Of a stretch of 64,000 nt of DNA, positions 10,764-21,135 are shown piece after piece (position 1 is the first letter of the stretch; the number at the start of each line of letters is the position of its first letter). Position numbers and translations under genes: made by a program. The notes beneath the pieces are model-generated. The model did not search any database. It was not told where the DNA came from and saw only the letters and a program-made list of their open reading frames with translations. The DNA is from Sporopachydermia quercuum. Its lineage: Eukaryota. The stretch lies in NCBI GenBank assembly GCA_001599295.1, contig BCGN01000005.1, positions 744,001-808,000 on the forward strand, written 5' to 3'.

Positions 10764-12344
10764 TCAGAATCTAAACTCTGAAGTAGCGTCGAAGTCATCA
10801 TCTTTAATCTTAGGCAAGAACTCAGAATCTTCATTGAATTGATTTCCAACATTCAGNGAATTGTAGTTAATATCCTCAAGATTAAGCTGTGAGAACGAAG
10901 ATGGATTTAAATTTTGATTTGATTGATCAAAACTATAATTAGAGCCTACATTACTTATTGATGAGGCTTGTGGAACGTCTGGACTAAAGACTCCTCCTAA
11001 GTTACCTGTTCTGTCACTGAGGTTAGGACTTGCAAGAGCTTCTGCGCTTGTTTGGAATGGAACAAGCCTTCCTGGTGATTTAGTATCTGACAGTGTAGAA
11101 TCTGACCTTTGACTGAATTGTGCTGGAGAAAATAACTCCGATTCTTCTTCTTTAACTTGTATACCACCAAATAATGGTTTGTCAGACGCAGTTGATGTTG
11201 AATTTGAGTTTCTACCCAGTTCAGGGCTTCTTGACTGAAAATTGCCTTCAAAACCTCGTTCATCTTTCGCAAGTTCTTCTGGACCACTAGTTGAAATATT
11301 AGGAATGTTATTGTTATTGCTATTATTGTTATTGTTGCTCACATTACCAATAGTTGTACTTGCTGAATTCACTTGTAATAATGTTTGCTGTTGTTGTTGC
11401 TGTTGTTGTTGTTGCTGCCTCAACAGCCTTTGTTCTTTCTTCTGTTCAATGGAAGCATTGTCTGCCAAAGGACCGACTCCAATCTTTCCCAGTAATTCTT
11501 CAGCTGTTGTGTTATAAAAATTTTTCACAGGTAAATTTCTTTCCATTTTAACGTCTGTTAGTTTTTCATTCAATTCAATCTCTTTCCTGTTTTGTTCGTC
11601 AATTAGGTTTTGGAGGAATTTAATATACTCAACAGATTTTGTTAAAATGGTTCCTTTATTCGGCCTTCCATCTTTAGTTCCAGGGTTAACAGAATTGGGA
11701 TCTTTCTCCTTTTCTGCTGGATCAATAATCACTTGCCCAGACAGAATAGGGTCCGGTATTAGAGTTGCTAGTTCTTGAATCTTTTCATTCATGTTATCAC
11801 GGCGTCTCCTTTCCACAAGATTATGGCTTTCCCGTCTCTTCTTTAGCCTATCATCTTTAGAAGCGTTGTTCATTTGTTCTTTCAAACGCTGCTGATGTTG
11901 ATGAACTAATAAAGCAGGATCATCCAGATTATTAGAACTGTCTTTCCTGTTTGTGCTTTGACTTGAAGTAGTTGTATAGTTGGATTGATTACTAATTGGC
12001 TGTTGCAATATTTGCTGGTTTGGAACTAACGGTCCTCCGATTGTAGGTGAATCAGCTACTTGACCTTGTACTGGATACTGGGAGTGTACAGGTATATTTG
12101 TCAACTGTGAAGACCCTTGATTGAAATTCCCACCTCCGGCAACGAAATAAGGAGGAGAAACAGGTGGCATTGTTTTTGGTGAAGTACCAGAGTTTATCAA
12201 CTGGTTATCAATTGAGTTGACATTCATATTCATTCGATCTTGCTGGTTTGATGCATTGAACATATATTGCTGATATGGTGAAGTAGCAACTCTTGGTGAA
12301 GTACCTTGCCCAGGTGTATTTCTTATTGGTTGTGGAGAAGTCAT
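10764..12344 (-). CDS. bHLH-zip transcription factor, Rtg3/MiT-TFE-like, with polyQ and polyN tracts
   Basis: KKRRESHNLVERRRRDNMNEKIQEL...PNKGTILTKSVEYIKFLQ; first ATG at 12344, 5' end uncertain. Confidence 0.85.
   Translation of the reverse strand: MTSPQPIRNTPGQGTSPRVATSPYQQYMFNASNQQDRMNMNVNSIDNQLINSGTSPKTMPPVSPPYFVAGGGNFNQGSSQLTNIPVHSQYPVQGQVADSPTIGGPLVPNQQILQQPISNQSNYTTTSSQSTNRKDSSNNLDDPALLVHQHQQRLKEQMNNASKDDRLKKRRESHNLVERRRRDNMNEKIQELATLIPDPILSGQVIIDPAEKEKDPNSVNPGTKDGRPNKGTILTKSVEYIKFLQNLIDEQNRKEIELNEKLTDVKMERNLPVKNFYNTTAEELLGKIGVGPLADNASIEQKKEQRLLRQQQQQQQQQQQTLLQVNSASTTIGNVSNNNNNSNNNNIPNISTSGPEELAKDERGFEGNFQSRSPELGRNSNSTSTASDKPLFGGIQVKEEESELFSPAQFSQRSDSTLSDTKSPGRLVPFQTSAEALASPNLSDRTGNLGGVFSPDVPQASSISNVGSNYSFDQSNQNLNPSSFSQLNLEDINYNXLNVGNQFNEDSEFLPKIKDDDFDATSEFRF
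11305..11418 (-). repeat. Coding CAR (polyQ) and AAY (polyN) microsatellite tracts in the bHLH gene
   Basis: (tgt/tgc)n and (tgt/tat)n runs on the + strand; 12-Q run in the translation. Confidence 0.85.
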
Positions 12345-12837
12345 TTTATACAATTGTGTACGGAACTAACCAACGATTGATTGAACAGTTCAAACGGGAA
12401 TATAATATCACAGATGCTTGTAAGTTGCAAACTTTTAGCAATAAACAAAATCTCTCTCTTTTCTAACTACNCTCTCGTTATAGTGGTATACAGTTCATAT
12501 ATCTTCACTCAAACAAACAATCTCGTTTTCCTCTTAGGACTTTCTCGTGCATCAAACTCTTTCAATAAAATTCAAATATGAACTTAGAGATATTATTAGT
12601 ATCCTCCGTAATTTCCTTATTCTTTAATCCACTTCAATTGAATCAAGTTTAATAGATCTAATTTACTCACAATACAGTCGCCAATGAGTGTTCCACCTTC
12701 TCATTAGTATATATGTTCGAATTATATATGAATGAGTATGAATTTATCTAACAATTGAATAGGGAAAATAAATCCAATTGCTTCTAATCTCAATATCAAT
12801 TTGTTTTCAAATCCTATTGTAATTTCAGTTATCTTTT

Positions 12838-12901
12838 NNNNNNNNNCNTNNANNNNNNNCNNGNNNNNNTNNNNNNTTNNNTTNCNNNTNNNTTNNNNNN
12901 N
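12838..12901. other. Low-quality or gap segment (mostly N)
   Basis: Run of N interspersed with t and c. Confidence 0.95.
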
Positions 12902-14067
12902 TTTGATAACAGGAGAACACAGNAAAACCATGGGAGAGATGGATTAAACATGAAAAGCAGCAATATAATAAAGACTGAAACTCCATACAAGTAAGGTTGA
13001 TGCAAAAATGCACCTTCTGCAGTTTGTGCAGGGGCTGGCATTACTATATTAGGAAATCATATACAAAATAGGAAATCACAGAACAAAAAATCAAATAAAG
13101 GTTATGATAATCGAGTACTACNAACTGAAAAGGTTTTATATTAAATAGAATAATACAGAGGAAATTGAATTGACTACAAGAAATAATTGGCTTCAAGAGA
13201 TGATTTATTGTGTTTTTGATGTATTTAGAGCGGGAGGAAATACTACTTGACTTGGGCTTTCTTTTGAGTAGATTATGAGAGATAAGAAAAGTCGAGGGAT
13301 TATACGAATTGCTAGTTACGATGTAATGTGCCTTAAAGTTGGTGCATATTACTTGTAGTTGCGAGATATTGCATATAGATGAAAAAGTTGAGTATGTTCG
13401 ATGAGTGTGTTTGCTTTGGTTTATACTCAACAGTTCAGAATGACTAGGATCATAAATGGTACGGTTTATGTTACAAATGTTGAATTTGATGGTGAGTAAG
13501 TTAGGCCCAGTTCAGGCCTGTCGGAGAACTATCTCCCTAGCCTAGTCAACTATGACTAAGGAATATAGCGTACTGGCAATTGGTTTCAGAAAGTTGTCGA
13601 ATATGTAGTTTTCACATGATTATAATGGCTCAATACGAAAACTTTAGAACTACACAGAGAGNACAAAGGAAGAGTCAATGGCATTTATCGTTCTTTCTTG
13701 GCGACTCACCGTAAATCCCGAAGAACAAAGACTGACAACGGCCAATAGGTTGAAGTAAGGCTGATAGGCTTTTGCTCTGGCATTACGATAAATTTAGAAG
13801 AGACCATCTTGAATAAAAGTTATATACAATTTGACGTTTATATTGATGCATTATTTTAAGGCCAATAATAGTTATACTATGTGTGAAGTGAAACATTCAA
13901 AAGAAGCACCATTTGCTCTCAATAAAACACACGATATATTATTCACTGGAAAAACAGAGCCAATATAGGTACCTTCAACTACAGTAAATATAATAGTGAA
14001 GCCATCGTAAACATATTTTGCAGAAGCGAAATATATACACTTGCGTATTTTTAGTTTAATGAAGATA

Positions 14068-16701
14068 TTATATACTCAAGTTTTCAACTCGTTGTATTAG
14101 TTCCGAGTCAATTTCTTCATATTTATGCAAATAGCCGGCAATTTTTCTAACANCAGCTTGTCTGACAATTTTGGATAAATCCTTGGGATTAGAGATTTTA
14201 CCTAAAGTTTCATTGACTTTATTTTGAATAACACTGATATATTGAGAAATAGATTTATTCTCATTGGCAAGGACATCAACTGCTTTCAGCCATTGGGTGA
14301 TGGAATCCACACTCTCAGTAGATTTTGATAAAACTTCATCATTAGCAAACACATATTGTTCTAAAGTCTCATCAGGTTTGAAGTACTTTGATAACGTTTT
14401 ACCCAAAATAATCTTGATCGCAGGAGGTAAATCTACTGGGCTTAATTTACCATCATGGTTTAATGCGTTCTTTAGTTCAACGAGGTAGGGAACAGTGTTA
14501 ACTCCTTGATCATTCAACTTGGTTATGGCTTGAAAAGCAATTACCAGCTTATTTAAATATAAATGAATATAGAAGCTTCTCGTCATTAGTATATTTGACT
14601 TATCAGCTTGAGATCCATTTGCACTGATCAATTTCTTCAACAAATCTTCTGACAACTCAAGCACCTTACTATCACTGGCTTCAACATAGGTGCTGGTGTA
14701 TAACCTTCCCAAAGGATCTTCATCATTAGCCTTCATTTTAACAACTTCAATCAAAGATTCTACTCTTTTATCTTTCTTATGTTTATCTTTCTTTGCTTTC
14801 AGCTTCCTTTTACTATCAGCATCAGAATCCGCATCACCATTTGCAGAAGATTCAGCAGAAATCTCTCCAACCAATCTAGTTAAAATCCTGTCTCTGAATA
14901 ATTCAAGATAATTATCAATTATTCCTTTTGCTGCTCTTAAGTACACCGGTGAGCGGTATAAAACATCTTCCCAGTAAATCATTTCTATATAAGCACGGGG
15001 TGTACCTCTTCTTAAAGCATAAGTGTGGAAATCAATTTGGTCACTATTGAATTCAGAAAATATCTCAAGAATAGAATTGAATCTTTTCATTGAAATACCT
15101 AAGTAATCGTAACCCCTGCCATTCTTTATTTCTTCTAAACCAAGCCGTTGGTATGCCTCCGCTTGTTCAGTTAAGAACCATAATGCTTGCATTAAATGTA
15201 AATCAGCAACCCCTTTACCAACACTATCATTTTTAGTGAATAAAGAAATGATTTCCGTTGCTCTATCAATTTGGTTACTGCGTAAGTANTACTTCGCTGA
15301 TTTAGTATTAATGAATCTATCTTGTAAGTCCAGTTCTCTACCGCTATTCATGAGTTTAGCTGCTTCTTCAAGCCTTCCTTTATGCTTGAGAATTCTTGCT
15401 TTGATTAAGTAGACCTCAACCAATGTTGGTGTATGGCTGATACAGATTTCAACTTCCTTTGCAGCTAAGTCTAACTCTTCAATGTAACAATAAAATTGAG
15501 CAAGGAAATAATGGGTCCATACATAAACCGTTGGGTTATTTCCAGTTTCTTTATCAGCATCTAATTCTTTTTCTTTCTCAGCAGCAAAATCCAATACAAC
15601 CTGCAAAATAACATTTCTTTTGGCAACATCTCTCATTAAACATTTGATATTAGTGAATGTACAAGGCACTTCTCGTTTCAATTGACCTATCACATATTTT
15701 TCCGCCTGTGCTTTATAAACTGGGGAGGAAGCATCTAAAAACACTAATGGTAGAAAGATAGGGGGATCAGATCTAGGATACAAAGAGTGAAACTTTTCGA
15801 AGATCTTTAATCTGATACCTTCTATCTTTTCAGGTGTGAAGATTTCGGCCCTGTGTTTATTCGCTTTCATTAAATTTAGAATGATAAGCTTTTCAGCAAT
15901 GGAATAGTAGTTTTGATTGTCAGGATTACGTCTGATAAGGCCTCTGAAGGTGAGCTCTGCTTCCTTAAATTGCCCAAGCTCAAGCTGGTAGCGACCTCTG
16001 TACTCCTCGACGCTCAACTTGTCAAAGATGTCTTTACCAGCATCATCTAAATTCTTCAAAGCACCTTCATAATCTTTTTGTTGAGCCATAATAACATTCT
16101 TAAATAACAAGCATTCACTATGTTCAAATTTTTCTGGATCAGGAAAAGGATCTTTCACAGCACTTTCAAATCGCTGTAAAGTCAATTCAGCTGGTCCATA
16201 ATCCTTTCTGAGATAATTAGCTACAGCAAGACCAGTCCAACTTTGTCTATAGCCAGCTTGGTTTTTCAAAAGCTCAGCTCTTAGAGCAACCATTTCAGTG
16301 AACTTTCTAATTTGAGCATTCATAACTGCACAATCTCGGAGAATATTGAGATTATTAGGTTCTAGCTCATGAGCTTTTCCGTAATACTTTGCCGCGTTTT
16401 CAAAATCATTCAAGGATCTATAATAGATACCTGTTATGTGATTTACAAAAGGACTTGTAGGGTCTTTTTCAAGACCAGATGCAATGTAGCCGCCAGCTTC
16501 TTCTTTACGATCTAGAAAGAATAATAACAAACCTTTAAGAGAACATCCTTCACCATGATTAGGATGCTTCTTGAGAATAGAGTCGAGTTGTTTCAAAGAC
16601 TTCTTATACAATTTGCTTTCATAAAGCTTGAGACAAGCACGGAAACTAGAAGCATCTTTTGCTGGTAATGCTCTATTTTTATTGACATCTTGATTAGCCA
16701 T
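14068..16701 (-). CDS. NAT1: NatA N-terminal acetyltransferase auxiliary subunit (NAA15)
   Basis: TPR repeats; LKLYESKLYKKSLK, HTPTLVE, LDLQDRFINTK, DQIDFHTY. Confidence 0.96.
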   Translation of the reverse strand: MANQDVNKNRALPAKDASSFRACLKLYESKLYKKSLKQLDSILKKHPNHGEGCSLKGLLLFFLDRKEEAGGYIASGLEKDPTSPFVNHITGIYYRSLNDFENAAKYYGKAHELEPNNLNILRDCAVMNAQIRKFTEMVALRAELLKNQAGYRQSWTGLAVANYLRKDYGPAELTLQRFESAVKDPFPDPEKFEHSECLLFKNVIMAQQKDYEGALKNLDDAGKDIFDKLSVEEYRGRYQLELGQFKEAELTFRGLIRRNPDNQNYYSIAEKLIILNLMKANKHRAEIFTPEKIEGIRLKIFEKFHSLYPRSDPPIFLPLVFLDASSPVYKAQAEKYVIGQLKREVPCTFTNIKCLMRDVAKRNVILQVVLDFAAEKEKELDADKETGNNPTVYVWTHYFLAQFYCYIEELDLAAKEVEICISHTPTLVEVYLIKARILKHKGRLEEAAKLMNSGRELDLQDRFINTKSAKXYLRSNQIDRATEIISLFTKNDSVGKGVADLHLMQALWFLTEQAEAYQRLGLEEIKNGRGYDYLGISMKRFNSILEIFSEFNSDQIDFHTYALRRGTPRAYIEMIYWEDVLYRSPVYLRAAKGIIDNYLELFRDRILTRLVGEISAESSANGDADSDADSKRKLKAKKDKHKKDKRVESLIEVVKMKANDEDPLGRLYTSTYVEASDSKVLELSEDLLKKLISANGSQADKSNILMTRSFYIHLYLNKLVIAFQAITKLNDQGVNTVPYLVELKNALNHDGKLSPVDLPPAIKIILGKTLSKYFKPDETLEQYVFANDEVLSKSTESVDSITQWLKAVDVLANENKSISQYISVIQNKVNETLGKISNPKDLSKIVRQAXVRKIAGYLHKYEEIDSELIQRVENLSI

Positions 16702-17454
16702 TTTCGGTTTTTATGATTATTGAATTTTCAAAGAGGAATCACTTGATCAAGTATCCCTTCACCCATTGACAGATAAACGGCTCAAAACGTGAACAATTGA
16801 CTGAAGCTTTTTAATCAATAGCAAAAGGTATCTATCTCTATACCGCTTCAAAGCAAAAACCTCTAAAGTCTACCCCTGCAGTCACCAGTAATTTCAATAC
16901 TCACAACCATGTCAAGATAGCTTGAACGCAACAAACATGTAGAAGTAGCTCTGCATTAATTCGATGAATGTGATTTTTCATCTTCTTCAAACCGCTTCGA
17001 CGAAGTTACACTAACTCATAACTGATTATATAATCCATGACACTATTTGTATCTATTCTTTTAGGGGGCAGTTCTTGATTCTATAGGCAGAATAAAATGG
17101 TGATTGGGTGTTTTCTGAAAAATTATGAGCTTGCGATGTACCCCCGTACAATTGACACCTGATTTGTATTGTGTGTAATGGATGAATTCATAGCTGGCAT
17201 TCACCAGATGCGTAGGAAGATACTATATATAACGCTACAATTATTATTTGGTTGAGTGAAATATCATCAGAAGAAGAGGAGGCTCTAGTTTTGTTCTTGT
17301 TCCCAGAAAGATTACCAGTTATTTGGTAACAGTTGTAAAAGCTAGACGGATTGATTGGAAATTGGTGTTGTTTGATAATTGGATTGGTAAATCAGACAGC
17401 TGAGGGAAAGATAGTACAACATTAGAGCTAATTATATCAACATATTAAGTCAAA

Positions 17455-18723
17455 ATGGTAAGTAAATTATTGGCTAGAAAAATGAGCTAAAAGTCGAAAT
17501 TAATAGTGATATAAAACTCTTGATTTGTTGTCAGGACATTCTACATCAAGATTGAAATATTGAAAGGTGTATATTATGATAAGGCTTTCAGTAAGGCGCG
17601 GTAGTATTGGAGTATGACTGATGATAGCAATTCGTACTAACTCATGATAATATAGGTGACAATTGGCAATGCTCATGATGATCTAATTGTAAGTTGTTGA
17701 GTTAACGTCTACAGCTTTGGTGATTAACAACTGAAGCATATATGTAACTAACATTAATTATTAGCATGATGCCGTTTTGGATTATTATGGGAAACGGTTA
17801 GCTACATGTTCATCCGATAAGACTATCAAAATCTTTGAAGTCAATGGTGAAGAACACAAGCTAGTTGAAACATTAAGAGGGTATGACAAATAATGTTTTC
17901 AATGAATTCGAATGAACAAAATACGATAACAGCAATTGAAGCATCAAAATTCTAACAAAACTCATTTAATAGTCATGAAGGACCTGTTTGGCAAGTTAGT
18001 TGGGCTCACCCTAAATTTGGTGTTATTCTGGCGTCTTGCTCGTACGACGGTAGAGTTATAATCTGGAGAGAAGAAAACGGGAGATGGAGTAACATAGCTG
18101 AACACGCCGTTCACCAAGGTTCTGTGAATTCCGTTAGTTGGGCTCCTCATGAATATGGTGCATTATTACTCTGTGCATCATCGGATGGCAAAGTATCAGT
18201 TGTCGAATTCAAAGATGATGGCACGATATCATCTGTAGTTATCAATGCTCACGCTGTTGGTTGTAATTCTGCAAGCTGGGCACCTCCATCCATTTCTTCA
18301 CTTGATTCTTCAAGTTCACCGGCAAATGTTGCTAAGAAGTTCGTTACAGGCGGTTGTGACAATTTAGTTAAAATCTGGACGTTTGACGTTGCTAGTAATG
18401 AATATGGCGCCGATGTCGTTTTGTCAGGTCATACTGATTGGGTGCGCGATGTAGCATGGTCTCCTTCAGTTTTGTCGAAATCATTAATTGCTTCTGCTTC
18501 TCAAGACAAAACGGTTATAATTTGGTCCAATGATGGTAGCAGTAAAGAATGGAAACGAACTTATTTGTTGCCTGATGGTGAAAAATTCCCTGATGTTGTG
18601 TGGAGAGTCAGCTGGTCTGTGTCTGGCAATATTCTTGCTGTTTCAGGCGGCGACAATAAAGTTACTTTATGGAAGGAAAACCTAAAGAATCAATGGGAAT
18701 CAGCTGGTATTGTTGACCAGTAA
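17455..18723 (+). CDS. SEC13: COPII/nucleoporin WD40 protein Sec13; exons 17455-17457, 17656-17688, 17765-17880, 17973-18723 (300 aa)
   Basis: Spliced product reads [36 protein letters not shown]...[17 protein letters not shown]; donors GTAAGT, GTAAGT, GTATGA; CTAAC branch points; TAG acceptors. Confidence 0.96.
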
Positions 18724-18992
18724 AAGTAAAGCTGTTTGATATGGAGAAGTTAATTGGAATAGCAGATTACGAAACTAACATCGAAATTAAGATAATATAT
18801 ATATGTATGCTTACAAGATTAGATATCTTTTGAATTGTTGGTAGACTTTGGATATATTCTGTTAAATTGATGGCTGATTGGTATGTTTATATTCTATAAA
18901 GGTCGTCAGTTTCTCTATTTCAATGATTGATACCAGTTCCTTTCATTAGATCGATGATGGGCAAATGGATTCAAATTTCCAGATAGTTCAAC

Positions 18993-19958
18993 CTAAAGAT
19001 TATCAACCACAGCTATAACAACCAATTGTAGAATATCAGAGGCAGAGTTTGCAGCTTCTAGAACCTCTTGGTGACTAGGCATACCTTCATCCAATGGAAC
19101 AATCTTTTCATTATTAGCTTCCTTTGCTTCATGCTCAGCTACAGTTAATGGCTTATTGAACAAAGCCTTATTAGTAATCAAACTCAATGCCAGACAATCA
19201 ATGCCACAATGTCGAGCAACAATTATTTCCGCCACAGTACTCATTCCAACAGCATCAGCTCCAATTGAACTGAGGAACCTACATTCTGCCCGGGTTTCAT
19301 AATTAGGACCTGATACGTAAACGTATGTACCTTCATGCAACTTTCGATCCGGTTTCGCGTCCTGATCACGTAGCTCTCTAAACTTATGTGTGAACATTCT
19401 CCGGAGTTCAAATGAGTAAGCATCTGAGACTGATAGGAATCTTGGCCCAAACATGAATTCATTGAGACCTCTGAGCACATTATTACCAGCTAGACCAGCG
19501 AAATTGATATGATCGTTGATTAACATAATATCACCCACATTGAAATCTGTGTTCAGACTACCAGCAGCATTAGTAGCAAGTAATTTAGTAACCCCTAGCA
19601 ATTTAGCAGTTCTAATAGGTAAAACTGTTTCAGAAAAGTCATATCCTTCATAATAATGTAATCTTCCCACCATGCAGACTACTGGTACTTTGCTATTTCT
19701 CATAGTTCCAATTACTAACTTTGCTGCATGTCCAACGACCGTAGATTCCTTGAAATGAGGTATATTCTTGTACAAAANCTCGACCTTTGAGGTTGTATCA
19801 TTCATCGTCTCGGCAAGTCCACCAAGACCTGATCCACATATGATTAGTACTTTGGGTTTCAAAATGGGATCATCTTCGAACTCCACTTGGTTTTTGATAG
19901 TAAGAGCAATGAAGTCAGCAGCCTCTGATGCCTTCTCGTACTCAGTTTGATCAACCAT
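18993..19958 (-). CDS. PNP1: Purine nucleoside phosphorylase
   Basis: IICGSGLGGL, GRLHYYEG, TNAAG, GPNYETRAE, GADAVGMSTV. Confidence 0.95.
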   Translation of the reverse strand: MVDQTEYEKASEAADFIALTIKNQVEFEDDPILKPKVLIICGSGLGGLAETMNDTTSKVEXLYKNIPHFKESTVVGHAAKLVIGTMRNSKVPVVCMVGRLHYYEGYDFSETVLPIRTAKLLGVTKLLATNAAGSLNTDFNVGDIMLINDHINFAGLAGNNVLRGLNEFMFGPRFLSVSDAYSFELRRMFTHKFRELRDQDAKPDRKLHEGTYVYVSGPNYETRAECRFLSSIGADAVGMSTVAEIIVARHCGIDCLALSLITNKALFNKPLTVAEHEAKEANNEKIVPLDEGMPSHQEVLEAANSASDILQLVVIAVVDNL

Positions 19959-20687
19959 TTTTTTCGTAAATTGCAGTAACTAGGATAGCTATCTAGTAAA
20001 TCAATAACTATCGCTTAATCAAACCAGATCGACAAGAATTTTTTTTTTTGACTCCATCAGTGTGAGAAACCTTTGCTATGTGTCTCTGTGCAGGGAGTTC
20101 GATCTACTGCACTGTGGTTTGAGTACAATATCCAACCTATCATTCAACCCTAATATCAAAGTGAAAAAACAATCAAACAACTTCCGGCACCTTTACTTTT
20201 ATTTTAGTATTATCTTCTATGGTCTCAATAACTTCAAAGTAGAGATAAAGTATCTACGGTGCTTATCTACCGAGATACAATCTCTGAACAATAACATGTA
20301 GTGCTTCGGTAAGCTCCGTGGGGGTGAAATAACAATATGTATTGGTGAATCAAAGGTTGCTCATATGACTACCTTCCTTCTTGAAAAATCAAAACCCTCC
20401 AATAATACAATCCAAATTAATATAGAAGAACCTATTACCTAAAATTTTTATGTTATCGGTTTANCGTAATACATTTATCTCGATATTTACATGATGTTGC
20501 CGGATAATGAGGCTGCCGAGAACGTTCTCAAAAAGGTCGAGCAATTAAGTTTCCGCTTGCAGCAAACATGCATTAAACTTCCGGAAACTATTACATGAAC
20601 CAGCAACCAATTACGGAAAATATACGCTCCCTAATTTATCATTGATCCGTACAATGCAAGTGATATACGTACATTGATTGGTAAGCT

Positions 20688-20701
20688 GTTGTTATGACAA
20701 C
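20688..20701. promoter_or_regulatory. X-box (Rfx1/Crt1-type site) upstream of RNR1
   Basis: Near-palindromic GTTGTTATGACAAC fits the RFX consensus GTTGYYATGRCAAC. Confidence 0.65.
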
Positions 20702-20741
20702 TGATATTTGGTGTATCATTTAAGGTTAGACCACATGACAT

Positions 20742-20819
20742 TCACGTGATTAGATTGATTTTGTTGACCAAAAAGTTCGCGTCAAGCAATTTAGGTCAAG
20801 AAAAAACAAATATTTCGCG
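20742..20819. promoter_or_regulatory. E-box and G1/S (MCB/SCB-like) elements upstream of RNR1
   Basis: TCACGTGA 20742-20749, TTCGCGTC 20776-20783, TTTCGCG 20813-20819 in CpG-poor DNA. Confidence 0.55.
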
Positions 20820-21135
20820 CAATCAAAACATTGAACTGACATACCGTATAACCATAATACTTATATTGTTTTCATTTTCTTCTCCCCCTTCTCCTTTTCT
20901 TTTTCTTACTTAAGATCCTAAAAGTACCATTTTGTTTTCCTTTTCTCGCCGTTCTTCCTTTTCTCCTGGTAGCTATTAGGATATCTTCTGTCTCATAATT
21001 CACTACTGGAGTTTCTTGCAAGTATTCCAAACCGATAGAGAATAATCTGTCGCGATCAAAATCAATCGAAGGCCCTGAAAGTACTTATCGTTTGATCACT
21101 GAAGAATATTCTCCTCTAATAATTATTTTTTCGTA

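Noticed and set aside
13440..13714. Possible two-exon + strand ORF (MTRIINGTVYV...|GTGAGT)
   Set aside because: Non-canonical branch (GACTAAG), short product and no recognisable motif
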